From contig CAYRQL010000001.1 in the NCBI GenBank assembly GCA_964426525.1, positions 130,294-194,293 on the forward strand: DNA of 64,000 bases, read 5' to 3'. The notes under the pieces were generated by a model, which saw nothing but the letters and a program-made list of their open reading frames with translations, had not been told where the DNA came from and made no database searches. The position numbers and the translations under genes are program-made. Positions 9,216 through 18,640 of this stretch are shown here, piece after piece; the first letter of the stretch is position 1; the number at the start of each line of letters is the position of its first letter. Source of the stretch: an uncultured Actinomycetota bacterium (GTDB taxonomy: Bacteria > Actinomycetota > Aquicultoria > SKW223 > CALKMS01).

Positions 9216-10471
9216 TTATTGCTATTGATGGTCCTGCAGGGAGCGGAAAGAGCACAGTAGCCAGACTATTAGCTAAGAGATTAGGTTTTTTTTATTTAGA
9301 TAGTGGAGCTCTTTATCGGGCCATTACCTTGGCTTTGACCAGTAGAGGCGTCAAAGTTGAAGATGAGAACGAGGTTAACGAAGCGCTTAAAAGTATTCAA
9401 ATAAGCTTTAAGTATGACTTTAACTTTAAGGTTTATGTTGATGGTCGCGATGTAACGGAGGAAATACGCCAACCTTATGTGAGCCAGGCTGTTTCCTTAG
9501 TATCCAGCTACCAAGAAGTAAGAAAAATGGTAAATAAAATTCAGATAAAATCAGTTAAAAAAAATGCTGTAGTTGAAGGAAGAGACATTACAAGTGTGGT
9601 TTTTCCTTCGGCTGATTTAAAGATCTTTCTAGAGGCTTCACTTGAGGAAAGAGCTAAAAGAAGATGGCAGGAATGGCAAAGAAAAGGAATTAAAGGTAGT
9701 TTAGAGCAAGCAAAAAAAGACATCAAGCAAAGAGATTTATTAGATTCCAGTCGCGAACACGCACCTTTAAAAATTACTAATGATGCAGTTAGAATTGATA
9801 CTACTGAGCTTACACCCGATGAGGTTGTTGAAAGAATTCTTCAATTAATTAGCAGAGGAAAACGAAAAGATTGGTTTTGGAAGTTTGCTTATTCAGTTCT
9901 CTGGTTGCCAGTGAAAGTCTTTTTCCGTTTAAAAGTTAAAGGAAAAGAAAATTTAAACTTTAAAGGTCCCGCTATTATTGTTTCAAATCATAAAAGTTAC
10001 ATCGACCCAATTATTCTTGGTTTAGCAATTAAAGAACCAATTTCTTTTATGGCTAAAGCTGAGCTTTTTAGATATCCAATATTCTCTTTTATTATTAAGA
10101 AGCTTCACGCTTTTCCAGTAAGAAGGGGAATATTAGATAGAGAAGCTATAAATAAAGGATTGGAGAAATTGAGAATGGGCTACCATCTTGGGATTTTTCC
10201 GGAAGGCACTCGAATTCATAGCTCTGAGATTGGTCCTTTTAAAAAAGGCGTAATTTTGTTTATCAAAAGGGGTAATTTTTTGGTTTTACCTGTGGCAATT
10301 AAAGGCACTGAGCACTTGTTAAAATGGTGGGCATTCTTTCCTTTATTTAGTAAGATTGAAGTAAGAATTGGGAAACCTTTCAAATTTAATTCTTTGGATT
10401 TAAGCAAAGATGAAGCTATCAGAAAGTTGAAACTTTTGGTGGAGGAGCTATTTTATGGTCGAGATTGTTAA
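9212..10471 (+). CDS. cmk: Fusion protein: cytidylate kinase (N-terminal) plus 1-acyl-sn-glycerol-3-phosphate acyltransferase (C-terminal LPLAT domain)
   Basis: N-terminal P-loop IAIDGPAGSGKSTVARLLAKRL...LDSGALYRA (Cmk). The C-terminal half carries the acyltransferase motifs IIVSNHKSYIDP (HX4D) and FPEGTRI. One continuous 419-aa ORF. Confidence 0.8.
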   Translation: MIIAIDGPAGSGKSTVARLLAKRLGFFYLDSGALYRAITLALTSRGVKVEDENEVNEALKSIQISFKYDFNFKVYVDGRDVTEEIRQPYVSQAVSLVSSYQEVRKMVNKIQIKSVKKNAVVEGRDITSVVFPSADLKIFLEASLEERAKRRWQEWQRKGIKGSLEQAKKDIKQRDLLDSSREHAPLKITNDAVRIDTTELTPDEVVERILQLISRGKRKDWFWKFAYSVLWLPVKVFFRLKVKGKENLNFKGPAIIVSNHKSYIDPIILGLAIKEPISFMAKAELFRYPIFSFIIKKLHAFPVRRGILDREAINKGLEKLRMGYHLGIFPEGTRIHSSEIGPFKKGVILFIKRGNFLVLPVAIKGTEHLLKWWAFFPLFSKIEVRIGKPFKFNSLDLSKDEAIRKLKLLVEELFYGRDC

Positions 10472-11306
10472 GGCCAAAAATGCTGGCTATTGTTACGGAG
10501 TAGAAAGAGCTTTAAAGTTAGTTGAAGAGTCTTTAGAAAACTTGAAAAAACCTTTTTACTCTCTTGGCCCTCTAATCCACAATCCACAGGTAGTAAAAGA
10601 GTTGGAGGAAAAGGGAATCAAAGCTGTTAAATCTTTAGATAATATTTTTTCCGGCACAGTGATTATAAGGTCGCACGGTGTTAAGCCTCAAATAATACAA
10701 GAAGCAAGAGCTAAGAACCTAGATGTTATAGATGCAACTTGCCCTTTTGTTCGTAAAGCCCAATTAGTAGCAGAACAACTTAAAAAAGAAGGTTATACAG
10801 TGGTTATAGTAGGGGAAAAAACTCACCCGGAAGTTGAGGGTATTTTAGCTTACGCTGACAACAATGCTGTTGTAGTTGATAGCTCAAGGGAGATTAGCAA
10901 AAAAAAGTTTAGCGGCATCTCAAGGATAGGAGTTGTGGTGCAAACAACTCAAAGCCTGGAAAAACTGAAAAAAATCGTTGCCAAACTCTTAACTTTCACT
11001 TTAGAGTTGAAGGTTTTTAATACTATTTGCAATGCAACTCGAAAGCGTCAAGATTCAGCTCGGAAACTTGCTCAGCAAATGGATTTGGTCATCGTTATCG
11101 GCGGTAAGAATAGTGCTAACACCACACGCCTTTTTCAAATTTGTCAAAAAATTAATCCTTTTACTTACCACATTGAGTCACCTGATGAAATTCAAAAAAG
11201 TTGGTTTAAAAGTGTGAAAAAAATAGGGATAACAGCTGGGGCATCAACACCTAACTATCTCATAACTGAAGTAGAAAAAAAAATTCAAGGTTTTTTTAAA
11301 CATTAA
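10455..11306 (+). CDS. ispH: 4-hydroxy-3-methylbut-2-enyl diphosphate reductase
   Basis: MVEIVKAKNAGYCYGVERAL start and the HNPQVV and ATCPFV Cys-ligand blocks. cmk-ispH adjacency is conserved. Confidence 0.9.
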   Translation: MVEIVKAKNAGYCYGVERALKLVEESLENLKKPFYSLGPLIHNPQVVKELEEKGIKAVKSLDNIFSGTVIIRSHGVKPQIIQEARAKNLDVIDATCPFVRKAQLVAEQLKKEGYTVVIVGEKTHPEVEGILAYADNNAVVVDSSREISKKKFSGISRIGVVVQTTQSLEKLKKIVAKLLTFTLELKVFNTICNATRKRQDSARKLAQQMDLVIVIGGKNSANTTRLFQICQKINPFTYHIESPDEIQKSWFKSVKKIGITAGASTPNYLITEVEKKIQGFFKH

Positions 11307-11311
11307 GGAAA

Positions 11312-12619
11312 ATGGCTAAGCTTCCAGTTGTGGCTATTATTGGAAAACCAAACGTGGGCAAGTCAACTTTACTGAACCGCTTAATTGGTAGAAGAGAGGC
11401 AATTGTTCATTCTCAGCCTGGTGTTACTCGGGATCGACTTTATTTTCCTTGTGAGTGGCGAGGAAAAGAATTTCTTTTGGTTGACACTGGTGGAATTTAT
11501 TTTTCGAAGTCTTTGATGATAGAAAAGATAAATCAGCAAGCAGAAGTAGCGATTAACGAAGCTGATCTTGTTTTATTTGTTTTAAGTTTTAAAGAGCCTC
11601 TTTCTTCATTAGATTTTGAAATTGCTAATCGGCTTCAAAAGTCAGGGAAAAAAGTATTATTGGTGATAAATAAAGTTGATAACATCACCGATTTTCAGCC
11701 TGACCCTGAGTTTTACCAGTTAAGATTGGGTGAGCCTTTTCCCGTTTCCGCCCTTCATGGCTTAAACATTGGCGAACTTCTTGATTTACTGTCTGATGAA
11801 ATCAAATTGCCAAAAGTGAAAGAAATTGAAGAAGAAAACAATTTTAAGCTGGCAATAATCGGCCGGCCTAATGTGGGGAAATCCTCAATTCTTAATGCAA
11901 TTTTAGGTTATGAAAGAGCTCTGGTTAGCGAAGTCCCTGGAACAACTCGGGATAAAATTGATACGATAATTAGGTTTCAATCTTATACTATCACTCTCAT
12001 TGACACAGCCGGATTAAAAAGGAAGAAGAGAGACTTAACTGAACTGGAGTTTTATAGTATGTCTCGAACGTTAAGAGCAGTTAGCCAAACAGATGTTGCT
12101 TTGCTGGTGCTTGCTGTTGATTTAGGAGTGACTGCCCAGGACCAAAAGATTGCTCAAGCAGCTTTAGAAAGGGGCTGCGCCCTGGCGTTAGTTTTTAACA
12201 AGTGGGACTTGGTGCAAGACAAAGAAAAAGAAAATACCCTTCTATCAGATTTGGCTTACCGATTTCGTTTTTTACCAAGACTTCCTCTGGTTAAGGTTTC
12301 AGCTTTAGAAAGAAAAAATGTCAAAAAGATACTTCCTCTCTCTGTTAAAGCTTATCGAAATTATTCAACACGCTTACCAACTTCAAAATTAAATAAGTTT
12401 TTTCAGGGTTTAAGAGAACGAATTCCTACTACTGGGAAAAACAATCTGAAGTTTTTTTACTTGACTCAAATTGACACTTCACCACCCCATTTTGTTTTTT
12501 TTGTAAACCGCCCCGAATTGGTTAAAGATTCAATAAAGCGGTTTTTAGAAAATGAACTTTCTAAAGAGTTTGGATTTGAAGCGACGCCGTTAATCTTAAC
12601 TTTCAAAAGGAGGAAATAA
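11312..12619 (+). CDS. der: Ribosome-biogenesis GTPase Der (EngA), tandem G domains plus KH-like C-terminus
   Basis: Two P-loops, GKPNVGKST and GRPNVGKSS, with DTGG/DTAG motifs. der-plsY-gpsA order. Confidence 0.9.
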   Translation: MAKLPVVAIIGKPNVGKSTLLNRLIGRREAIVHSQPGVTRDRLYFPCEWRGKEFLLVDTGGIYFSKSLMIEKINQQAEVAINEADLVLFVLSFKEPLSSLDFEIANRLQKSGKKVLLVINKVDNITDFQPDPEFYQLRLGEPFPVSALHGLNIGELLDLLSDEIKLPKVKEIEEENNFKLAIIGRPNVGKSSILNAILGYERALVSEVPGTTRDKIDTIIRFQSYTITLIDTAGLKRKKRDLTELEFYSMSRTLRAVSQTDVALLVLAVDLGVTAQDQKIAQAALERGCALALVFNKWDLVQDKEKENTLLSDLAYRFRFLPRLPLVKVSALERKNVKKILPLSVKAYRNYSTRLPTSKLNKFFQGLRERIPTTGKNNLKFFYLTQIDTSPPHFVFFVNRPELVKDSIKRFLENELSKEFGFEATPLILTFKRRK

Positions 12620-13237
12620 GTGCCTTATCTGCTTTTTGTTTTTGCTTATTTGATTGGGTCAATTCCTAGTGGTTATTTAATTGCTCGCTATTTTTATGGA
12701 GTCGACATAATGAAAAAAGGTAGTGGCAACATTGGTTTTACCAATGTTACTCGAGTAATAGGCTTTAGAGCCGGAATTTTAACCCTTTTTCTTGACGCTT
12801 TGAAAGGGGCTTTGCCAGCTTATCTCGCTCGATTTTTTTATCCCGATTTTTTAAGTTATCTAAACCAGGCTTTAATTGTGGCTCTGGTTTTCTTTTTTGC
12901 GGTTTTCGGTCATTCCTTTTCGATTTTTTTAAAGTTTAAAGGTGGAAGGGGAGTAGCAACTGCTGCCGGAGTACTGCTTGTCCTTTTTCCTCAAGTTTTT
13001 TTGATTTTACTTATTGTTTTTGCCTTGGTTCTGGCAATTTTTCGCTATGTCTCACTTTCCTCAATTACAGTTGCCTTATTGTTCCCTGTTTTAGTTTTTC
13101 TTTTTTACCCTGCTAACCTTGTTTTACTAATTTTTTCCCTTATTCTTTCTAGCCTGGTTATAATTAAACATATTCCTAACATTAGAAGACTTTTAAAAGG
13201 TGAGGAACCAAAAATCGGAAGAGGAGCAGAAAATTGA
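12620..13237 (+). CDS. plsY: Glycerol-3-phosphate acyltransferase PlsY
   Basis: GSIPSGYLIARYF, GSGNIGFTNVTRV. Membrane protein. GTG start. Confidence 0.9.
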   Translation: MPYLLFVFAYLIGSIPSGYLIARYFYGVDIMKKGSGNIGFTNVTRVIGFRAGILTLFLDALKGALPAYLARFFYPDFLSYLNQALIVALVFFFAVFGHSFSIFLKFKGGRGVATAAGVLLVLFPQVFLILLIVFALVLAIFRYVSLSSITVALLFPVLVFLFYPANLVLLIFSLILSSLVIIKHIPNIRRLLKGEEPKIGRGAEN

Positions 13238-14238
13238 AGATATCAGTTGTAGGAGCGGGAAGCTGGGGAACTGCCTTTGCTTCTCTTTTAGCTAAAAAAA
13301 GCTATAAAGTTACTCTTTGGGCACGGAATTCTGATTTAGCGGAGTCTATCAATCGGGAGCACCGAAACCCTTTTTATATAAGCAGCTCTTTTTTGCCCGA
13401 GGGTATTAGAGCAACCAGTTTAATTGAAGATTTGTTCCCGACCGAACTGGTGGTTTTAGCCGTTCCTTCTCATGCTTTAAGGGGAGTAGTTGAAAGCCTT
13501 AATCCTTTTTTAAATTCTCAAACCAATATTCTTTCTTTGACAAAAGGCATTGAAAAAGAAACGGGGATGCGAATGTCAGAAGTGATTTCTGAAACTTCGT
13601 CTCTTCCTTTAGATAAAATAGCTGTCCTTTCTGGTCCTAATCACGCTGAAGAAGTAATAAGAGAAGTTCCTTCGGCGACTGTTATTGCTTCAGTCTCAAC
13701 CGATTTAAGTCAACAACTGCAAGAAGTTGTTTTTACTCCATATTTTCGCGTTTATACCAATACTGATGTGGTAGGAGTAGAAATTGGCGGAGCAGCAAAA
13801 AATGTGATCGCTATTGCTGCCGGTATTTCTGATGGTCTGGGTTTTGGTGACAACACCAAAGCCTCTTTGCTGACTCGCGGTTTAGCGGAGATTGTTCGCC
13901 TGGGAGTGGCCTTAGGTGCTAGGCCGTTGACTTTTTTAGGTTTGGCAGGGGTTGGCGACCTAATTGCTACTGCTACCAGCAAATATAGTCGAAATCGATA
14001 TGTTGGAGAACAAATTGGCAAAGGGAAATCTTTAAATGAAGTTCTAAATAATATGAGAATGGTAGCTGAGGGAGTAAAAACTACCCTTTCAATAAAGAAG
14101 TTAGGAGAAAAATTAGGGCTAGCTTTGCCAATTACTGAAGAAGTCTATCAAGTTCTTTACCAAGGCAAAGATCCTCGAGTATCAGTTGAAGACCTTATGT
14201 TGCGAATGCCTACAGAAGAAGCAAGACTTGATTTATAA
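13234..14238 (+). CDS. gpsA: NAD(P)H-dependent glycerol-3-phosphate dehydrogenase
   Basis: KISVVGAGSWGTAFA Rossmann fold. The LTKGIE and GPNHAEEV blocks. Confidence 0.9.
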   Translation: MKISVVGAGSWGTAFASLLAKKSYKVTLWARNSDLAESINREHRNPFYISSSFLPEGIRATSLIEDLFPTELVVLAVPSHALRGVVESLNPFLNSQTNILSLTKGIEKETGMRMSEVISETSSLPLDKIAVLSGPNHAEEVIREVPSATVIASVSTDLSQQLQEVVFTPYFRVYTNTDVVGVEIGGAAKNVIAIAAGISDGLGFGDNTKASLLTRGLAEIVRLGVALGARPLTFLGLAGVGDLIATATSKYSRNRYVGEQIGKGKSLNEVLNNMRMVAEGVKTTLSIKKLGEKLGLALPITEEVYQVLYQGKDPRVSVEDLMLRMPTEEARLDL

Positions 14239-14284
14239 TTAATTTTTTGTAAAATTTGTTAAAATTTTTACCCAAACAGAGGGA

Positions 14285-14704
14285 GTGTTGATGGGAATAT
14301 CAATGATAGTGGAAAACATCATGAGACGAGAAGTTGTAACAGCCTTTGACGACGAGCCAGTAATTAAGGCTGCCCATTTAATGATGGAAAAAAATGTGCG
14401 TTCGGTTGTTATCGTCAATAAAGAAAACAACCCAGTTGGGATTATTACTGACACAGATGTCCTATCCCGCGGTATTGGAGCTTGCAATCTTTACGAAACC
14501 CCTATTAGAAATATTATGACTCCCAATCCTATGACTGCTTCACCAACCGATAATGTGCTCGATATTGTGAAAATAATGGGAGAAAAGAAATTCCGCCGAA
14601 TGCCTGTTGTTGGTGATGATGGAAAGTTAATTGGGATAATTTCAATCGGCGATATTGCTCCTCAAATAATGATTCAGCTTGAGCTATTAAGGGACTCTCT
14701 TTAA
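14285..14704 (+). CDS. CBS-pair domain protein
   Basis: Two CBS motifs (MRREVVTAFDDEPV...VVIVNK...GIITDTDV and FRRMPVVGDDGKLIGIISIGDI). The start could be TTG 14285 or ATG 14291. Confidence 0.7.
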   Translation: MLMGISMIVENIMRREVVTAFDDEPVIKAAHLMMEKNVRSVVIVNKENNPVGIITDTDVLSRGIGACNLYETPIRNIMTPNPMTASPTDNVLDIVKIMGEKKFRRMPVVGDDGKLIGIISIGDIAPQIMIQLELLRDSL

Positions 14705-14795
14705 AAACTTTAATAGTTTATAATTTTTTTCCGACAACTTTTATTTGCTTTAATTTTACCTACTAAGCTTTTTCTCATAAGTTATAATTTTTTAG

Positions 14796-16109
14796 ATGAA
14801 GTATTTTTTAACCACTTTAGGATGTCCGCGAAATCAGCTTGACTCCGATTTTATTATTGAATTTTTAAGTAAGAAAGCATTTGAACAAGTTCTTTTTCCA
14901 TCTCAAGCTGATGTTTGTTTGGTAAATACCTGCGCCTTTATTGAAGCTGCAAAAGAAGAGTCGCTTGAAGAAATATTTTCTTTGGTTAAACAGGGAAAGA
15001 AAGTTTTTGTTATTGGCTGCTTGGCTCAGCGTTACGGAAAAGAAATATTCGAACAAATTCCTGAAGTTTCAGCTGTTGTTTCCCCTGATAATTATTTTGA
15101 ATTACCGCAGATTTTTAAGAAAGTGGCTTTAGCTGAAAGAGTTTTATCTTTTTCCAATCAAAAAAAATTTTTATATCAACCTGATTGTTATGATCTTAGG
15201 TCAGATTTTAAACAAAATAATAAATATTATGCTTATTTAAAACTAACTGAAGGCTGCAATAACCGCTGTTCGTTTTGTGCTATTCCTAATATTAGGGGGG
15301 AATTGAGAAGCTTTAAACCGGAGCTACTTTTAGAAAAAGCTAAAAAAATTCTGGCGGCTAACTACAAAGAAGTTATTCTTGTTGGCCAAGATATTACTGC
15401 TTACGGTCTTGACTGGGGTAAAGCGTCTTTGGGTTCTATTTTAAAAAAACTTGACTCGCTTGATGGAGATTTTTGGATTCGTTTACTTTACTTAAATCCT
15501 CTCAGGATTGACGAAAACTTTCTTGAAATGATTGCTGAAAGTGCAAAAATACTTCCTTATTTTGACCTTCCCTATCAACATGCCAGCAAAAAAATTCTTA
15601 AAAAAATGGGTCGTTCTTACGATTACGAGACAATCGCCAAGCAAGTAGAAACAATACGAAAAATATTACCTGAGTCGGTGATTAGAACAACACTGATGGT
15701 TGGTTTTCCTGGCGAAACTGAAGAGGATTTCCAGTTATTACTTGAACTAATAAAAGAGATAAACTTTGATTATGTGGGTGTTTTTGATTATTCTAAAGAA
15801 GAAGGAACAGTGGCAGCTAAATTTTCTGGCCAGATATCTAAAAAAGAAAAGAGGGAGAGAAAGGAAAAGTTGTCTTTTTTTGCTGATGAGTTAAGTTTTT
15901 TGCGACTTGGCAGGTTTTTAGGAAAAAAATTACAAGTTTTAGTTGAAGCAAAAGAGAAAACCTATTTTCAAGGACGTTTTTTTGCTCAAACACCGGAAAT
16001 TGATGGCGAAGTTATTTTATCTGGAAACGCAAAAGTTGGAAGTTTTGCTATGGTGAAACTAGAAAAACAAGAAGGCTTTGATTTTATAGGAAAGGTGGTT
16101 TCTGGTTGA
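14796..16109 (+). CDS. rimO: Ribosomal protein S12 methylthiotransferase RimO (radical SAM MTTase with TRAM domain)
   Basis: N-terminal MTTase LGCPRNQLDSD and radical-SAM CNNRCSFCAIP. The separate miaB at 26691 sits next to miaA, so this copy is RimO. Confidence 0.75.
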   Translation: MKYFLTTLGCPRNQLDSDFIIEFLSKKAFEQVLFPSQADVCLVNTCAFIEAAKEESLEEIFSLVKQGKKVFVIGCLAQRYGKEIFEQIPEVSAVVSPDNYFELPQIFKKVALAERVLSFSNQKKFLYQPDCYDLRSDFKQNNKYYAYLKLTEGCNNRCSFCAIPNIRGELRSFKPELLLEKAKKILAANYKEVILVGQDITAYGLDWGKASLGSILKKLDSLDGDFWIRLLYLNPLRIDENFLEMIAESAKILPYFDLPYQHASKKILKKMGRSYDYETIAKQVETIRKILPESVIRTTLMVGFPGETEEDFQLLLELIKEINFDYVGVFDYSKEEGTVAAKFSGQISKKEKRERKEKLSFFADELSFLRLGRFLGKKLQVLVEAKEKTYFQGRFFAQTPEIDGEVILSGNAKVGSFAMVKLEKQEGFDFIGKVVSG

Positions 16110-16660
16110 ACCTACCAAACTTCTTTACTTTATCCCGAATACTTTTAATTCCAGTTTTTATGGCTTTACTCTTTTCAGATTTAAGTTTCGGTCATTACTG
16201 GGCGGCTGTAATTTTTTTAATAGCTGCCTTAACTGATGGGCTTGATGGCTATTTGGCTCGCCTTCATCGGCAAGTTACCAATTTTGGAAAGTTTTTAGAC
16301 CCGTTAGCTGATAAGCTTTTAATAATCTCGGCTTTAGTGGTATTTGTCGAACTAAAAAGCATTTCTTCCTGGGTTGCAATGGCTTTTATTGCCAGAGAAA
16401 TCGCGGTTACTGGTTTGCGTTTACTTGGAGTTAAAAGTGGCAAAGACATTCAACCTTCTATTTGGGGGAAGACCAAAACTTGGTTTCAAGTGGTAGCCTT
16501 ACTTCTTCTCTTTCTAAAACCTTCTTTTTATAATTTTCTCAATGATTATTATCAGGCAGTGGTAAACACTACTTTGTATATCGCTCTTTTTCTTACTTAC
16601 TACTCTGCCTGGCTTTATTTTAAAGATAATTTAGGGGTTTTGTTTGCTGAGAACCAGTAA
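16106..16660 (+). CDS. pgsA: CDP-diacylglycerol--glycerol-3-phosphate 3-phosphatidyltransferase
   Basis: CDP-alcohol phosphatidyltransferase motif DGxxAR...G...D...D (TDGLDGYLARL...FGKFLDPLADK). pgsA-cinA-recA region as in Bacillus. Confidence 0.85.
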   Translation: MNLPNFFTLSRILLIPVFMALLFSDLSFGHYWAAVIFLIAALTDGLDGYLARLHRQVTNFGKFLDPLADKLLIISALVVFVELKSISSWVAMAFIAREIAVTGLRLLGVKSGKDIQPSIWGKTKTWFQVVALLLLFLKPSFYNFLNDYYQAVVNTTLYIALFLTYYSAWLYFKDNLGVLFAENQ

Positions 16661-17891
16661 AGTAGTTAAAGTTGAAATTATTTCTGTTGGGACTGAAATT
16701 GTTTTAGGGCGGATATTTAATACCAATCAGACTTTTATTTCCCGCCAGCTCTTGCTAAACGGTTTTTATCCTCGATGGTCAACAGTGGTAAACGATGATA
16801 TTAATGAGATGATTGAAGCAATAAAGAAAGCTTTAAACCGCGCTGACTTGATTGTTTTAACCGGAGGTTTGGGTTCGACCCCTGACGACCTTACTCGACA
16901 GGCAATTTCCAAAGCACTTAGTCTCCCTCTTAAAACCAACTCTCAAGCGGAAAAAGAAATTCGTCAAAGGCTCAAAAAGGTAAGTGAGCATAGGTTAAAG
17001 TTTGCTTTAAAACAAGCACAATCATTTGAAGGCAGCCGACTTTATTTTTCATCTTCTGGCACCGCTCCTGGCTTTCTTTTAAACTACAGGGGAATAGTTT
17101 TAGTGGCTATTCCAGGGGTTCCAGAGGAAGCTATAGAAATTTTTTCCGAGGCATTACCTCAGCTTAAGTCAATTTTTAAAAATCGAACTCACTTTTACTT
17201 TAAAGTTCTTAGGACTTATGGGCTTGTTGAGGCAGAGGTATTGGAAAGGATTGGTTCTCTAACGACAGCGTTTCCTCAAGTTGAAGTTGGCTATTTGCCA
17301 GTTTATGGCGGGGTTGATATCGAAGTAATATCTGAGGATAAAAAAACGCATCAAGAATTTTTTAAGAAAATAAAAAAACTTCTTAAGCCATTTGTTTATG
17401 GCGAAGACAATCAAGAGCTTTATCAAGCGGTGGGAGAAATTTTACAAAAAAAAGGACTTACTTTATCGGTTGCTGAGTCTTGCACGGCTGGACTTTTAGC
17501 CGCTGAAGTTACCAAGCAGTCTGGTAGTTCAAACTATTTTCTGGGCGGTGCTATATCTTACAGCAATGAAGTTAAGAAAAATTTTTTAAAGGTAGAACCA
17601 AAAACTCTTATCAAATACGGTGCCGTAAGCGAGCAATGTGCTCGAGAAATGGCAGAAAATGCTCGAAAGATTTTCCAGTCTGATATCGGACTTTCCATAA
17701 CCGGAATAGCTGGGCCATCTGGAGGAACCAAAGAAAAACCAGTTGGGCTTGTTTATCTTGGGCTTTCGACCGAAGAAGGAACGCAAGTTTGGAAAAGGGA
17801 TTTTTCAGGCAATCGAGAAGAAATTAGGCGGAAAGCGGTTTTGGAAATTTTAAACCTATTGAGACTTTATCTGAAAGGAATGATTAATTGA
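16644..17891 (+). CDS. cinA: Competence/damage-inducible protein CinA (MoeA-like N-terminus plus CinA/PncC nicotinamide-nucleotide amidase C-terminus)
   Basis: VEIISVGTEIVLGRIFNTN and the C-terminal SVAESCTAGLLAAEVT block. TTG start overlapping the pgsA end. Confidence 0.85.
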   Translation: MLRTSKVVKVEIISVGTEIVLGRIFNTNQTFISRQLLLNGFYPRWSTVVNDDINEMIEAIKKALNRADLIVLTGGLGSTPDDLTRQAISKALSLPLKTNSQAEKEIRQRLKKVSEHRLKFALKQAQSFEGSRLYFSSSGTAPGFLLNYRGIVLVAIPGVPEEAIEIFSEALPQLKSIFKNRTHFYFKVLRTYGLVEAEVLERIGSLTTAFPQVEVGYLPVYGGVDIEVISEDKKTHQEFFKKIKKLLKPFVYGEDNQELYQAVGEILQKKGLTLSVAESCTAGLLAAEVTKQSGSSNYFLGGAISYSNEVKKNFLKVEPKTLIKYGAVSEQCAREMAENARKIFQSDIGLSITGIAGPSGGTKEKPVGLVYLGLSTEEGTQVWKRDFSGNREEIRRKAVLEILNLLRLYLKGMIN

Positions 17892-18430
17892 TGTCTCGTC
17901 TTTTTATTGCCATCGATTTGCCCGACAAGCTAAAACAAAAATTAGGCCGAGTTAAAGATAGCCTTCACATTTCTCAAGCTCGATGGGTAAAAGAAGAAAA
18001 TCTTCACCTGACTTTAAAATTTCTTGGCGAAGTGAAAAAGGAAAAAATAGATTCTATTTCTAATAGCTTAAAAAGTTTGACAAGGGATTTTCCTGTTTTT
18101 TGTTTTCAAACCGGCCAATTGGGTGCCTTCCCCAATCTCAAAAGAGCCCGAGTTCTTTGGATTGACATAAAAGAGGGGAGAGAAAAAGTTCAAAAATTAG
18201 CTAAGTTAATCGAGAATGAACTTTCAAAATTAGGTTTTGAAAAAGAAAAAAGAAATTTTGAACCTCACATCACCTTAGCCCGTCTTAAGAAACCAGAGCT
18301 GATTTCGCAACTGCCAACAGTTGATTGGTATTACTCATTTGAAGTCACTCAAGTGATTATGTTCGAAAGTTTGCTAAAACCCACCGGCCCGATCTACACT
18401 CCACTTTATGTTTTTCCTTTGAAAAAGTAG
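17888..18430 (+). CDS. thpR: RNA 2',3'-cyclic phosphodiesterase (2'-5' RNA ligase LigT/ThpR family)
   Basis: Two H-x-T/S-x motifs (HLTLKFLGE and HITLARL), 180 aa. Confidence 0.7.
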   Translation: MMSRLFIAIDLPDKLKQKLGRVKDSLHISQARWVKEENLHLTLKFLGEVKKEKIDSISNSLKSLTRDFPVFCFQTGQLGAFPNLKRARVLWIDIKEGREKVQKLAKLIENELSKLGFEKEKRNFEPHITLARLKKPELISQLPTVDWYYSFEVTQVIMFESLLKPTGPIYTPLYVFPLKK

Positions 18431-18640
18431 CCTATTAGAAGGTTTATTGAAACAGGTTGAGTTAGCAGATGACAAACAAAGTCGGGTTTTGAGTTTTGGG
18501 TTGTGAATTTTTAGGTAAACATTTTAGAGAAATAAATTCTAATTTAAATAATTGCTTTTAAATAATCTCTTTCATAATCAAACAAACTTAATCGTATTTT
18601 AAGTATATTGTCACAATAAAAATTCAAAGCTAATACCGTA

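Noticed and set aside
13752-14021. 89-aa minus-strand ORF inside gpsA
   Set aside because: Antisense to a conserved gene. The Pro/Ala/Arg-rich translation is typical of GC-richer antisense frames. No Shine-Dalgarno site.
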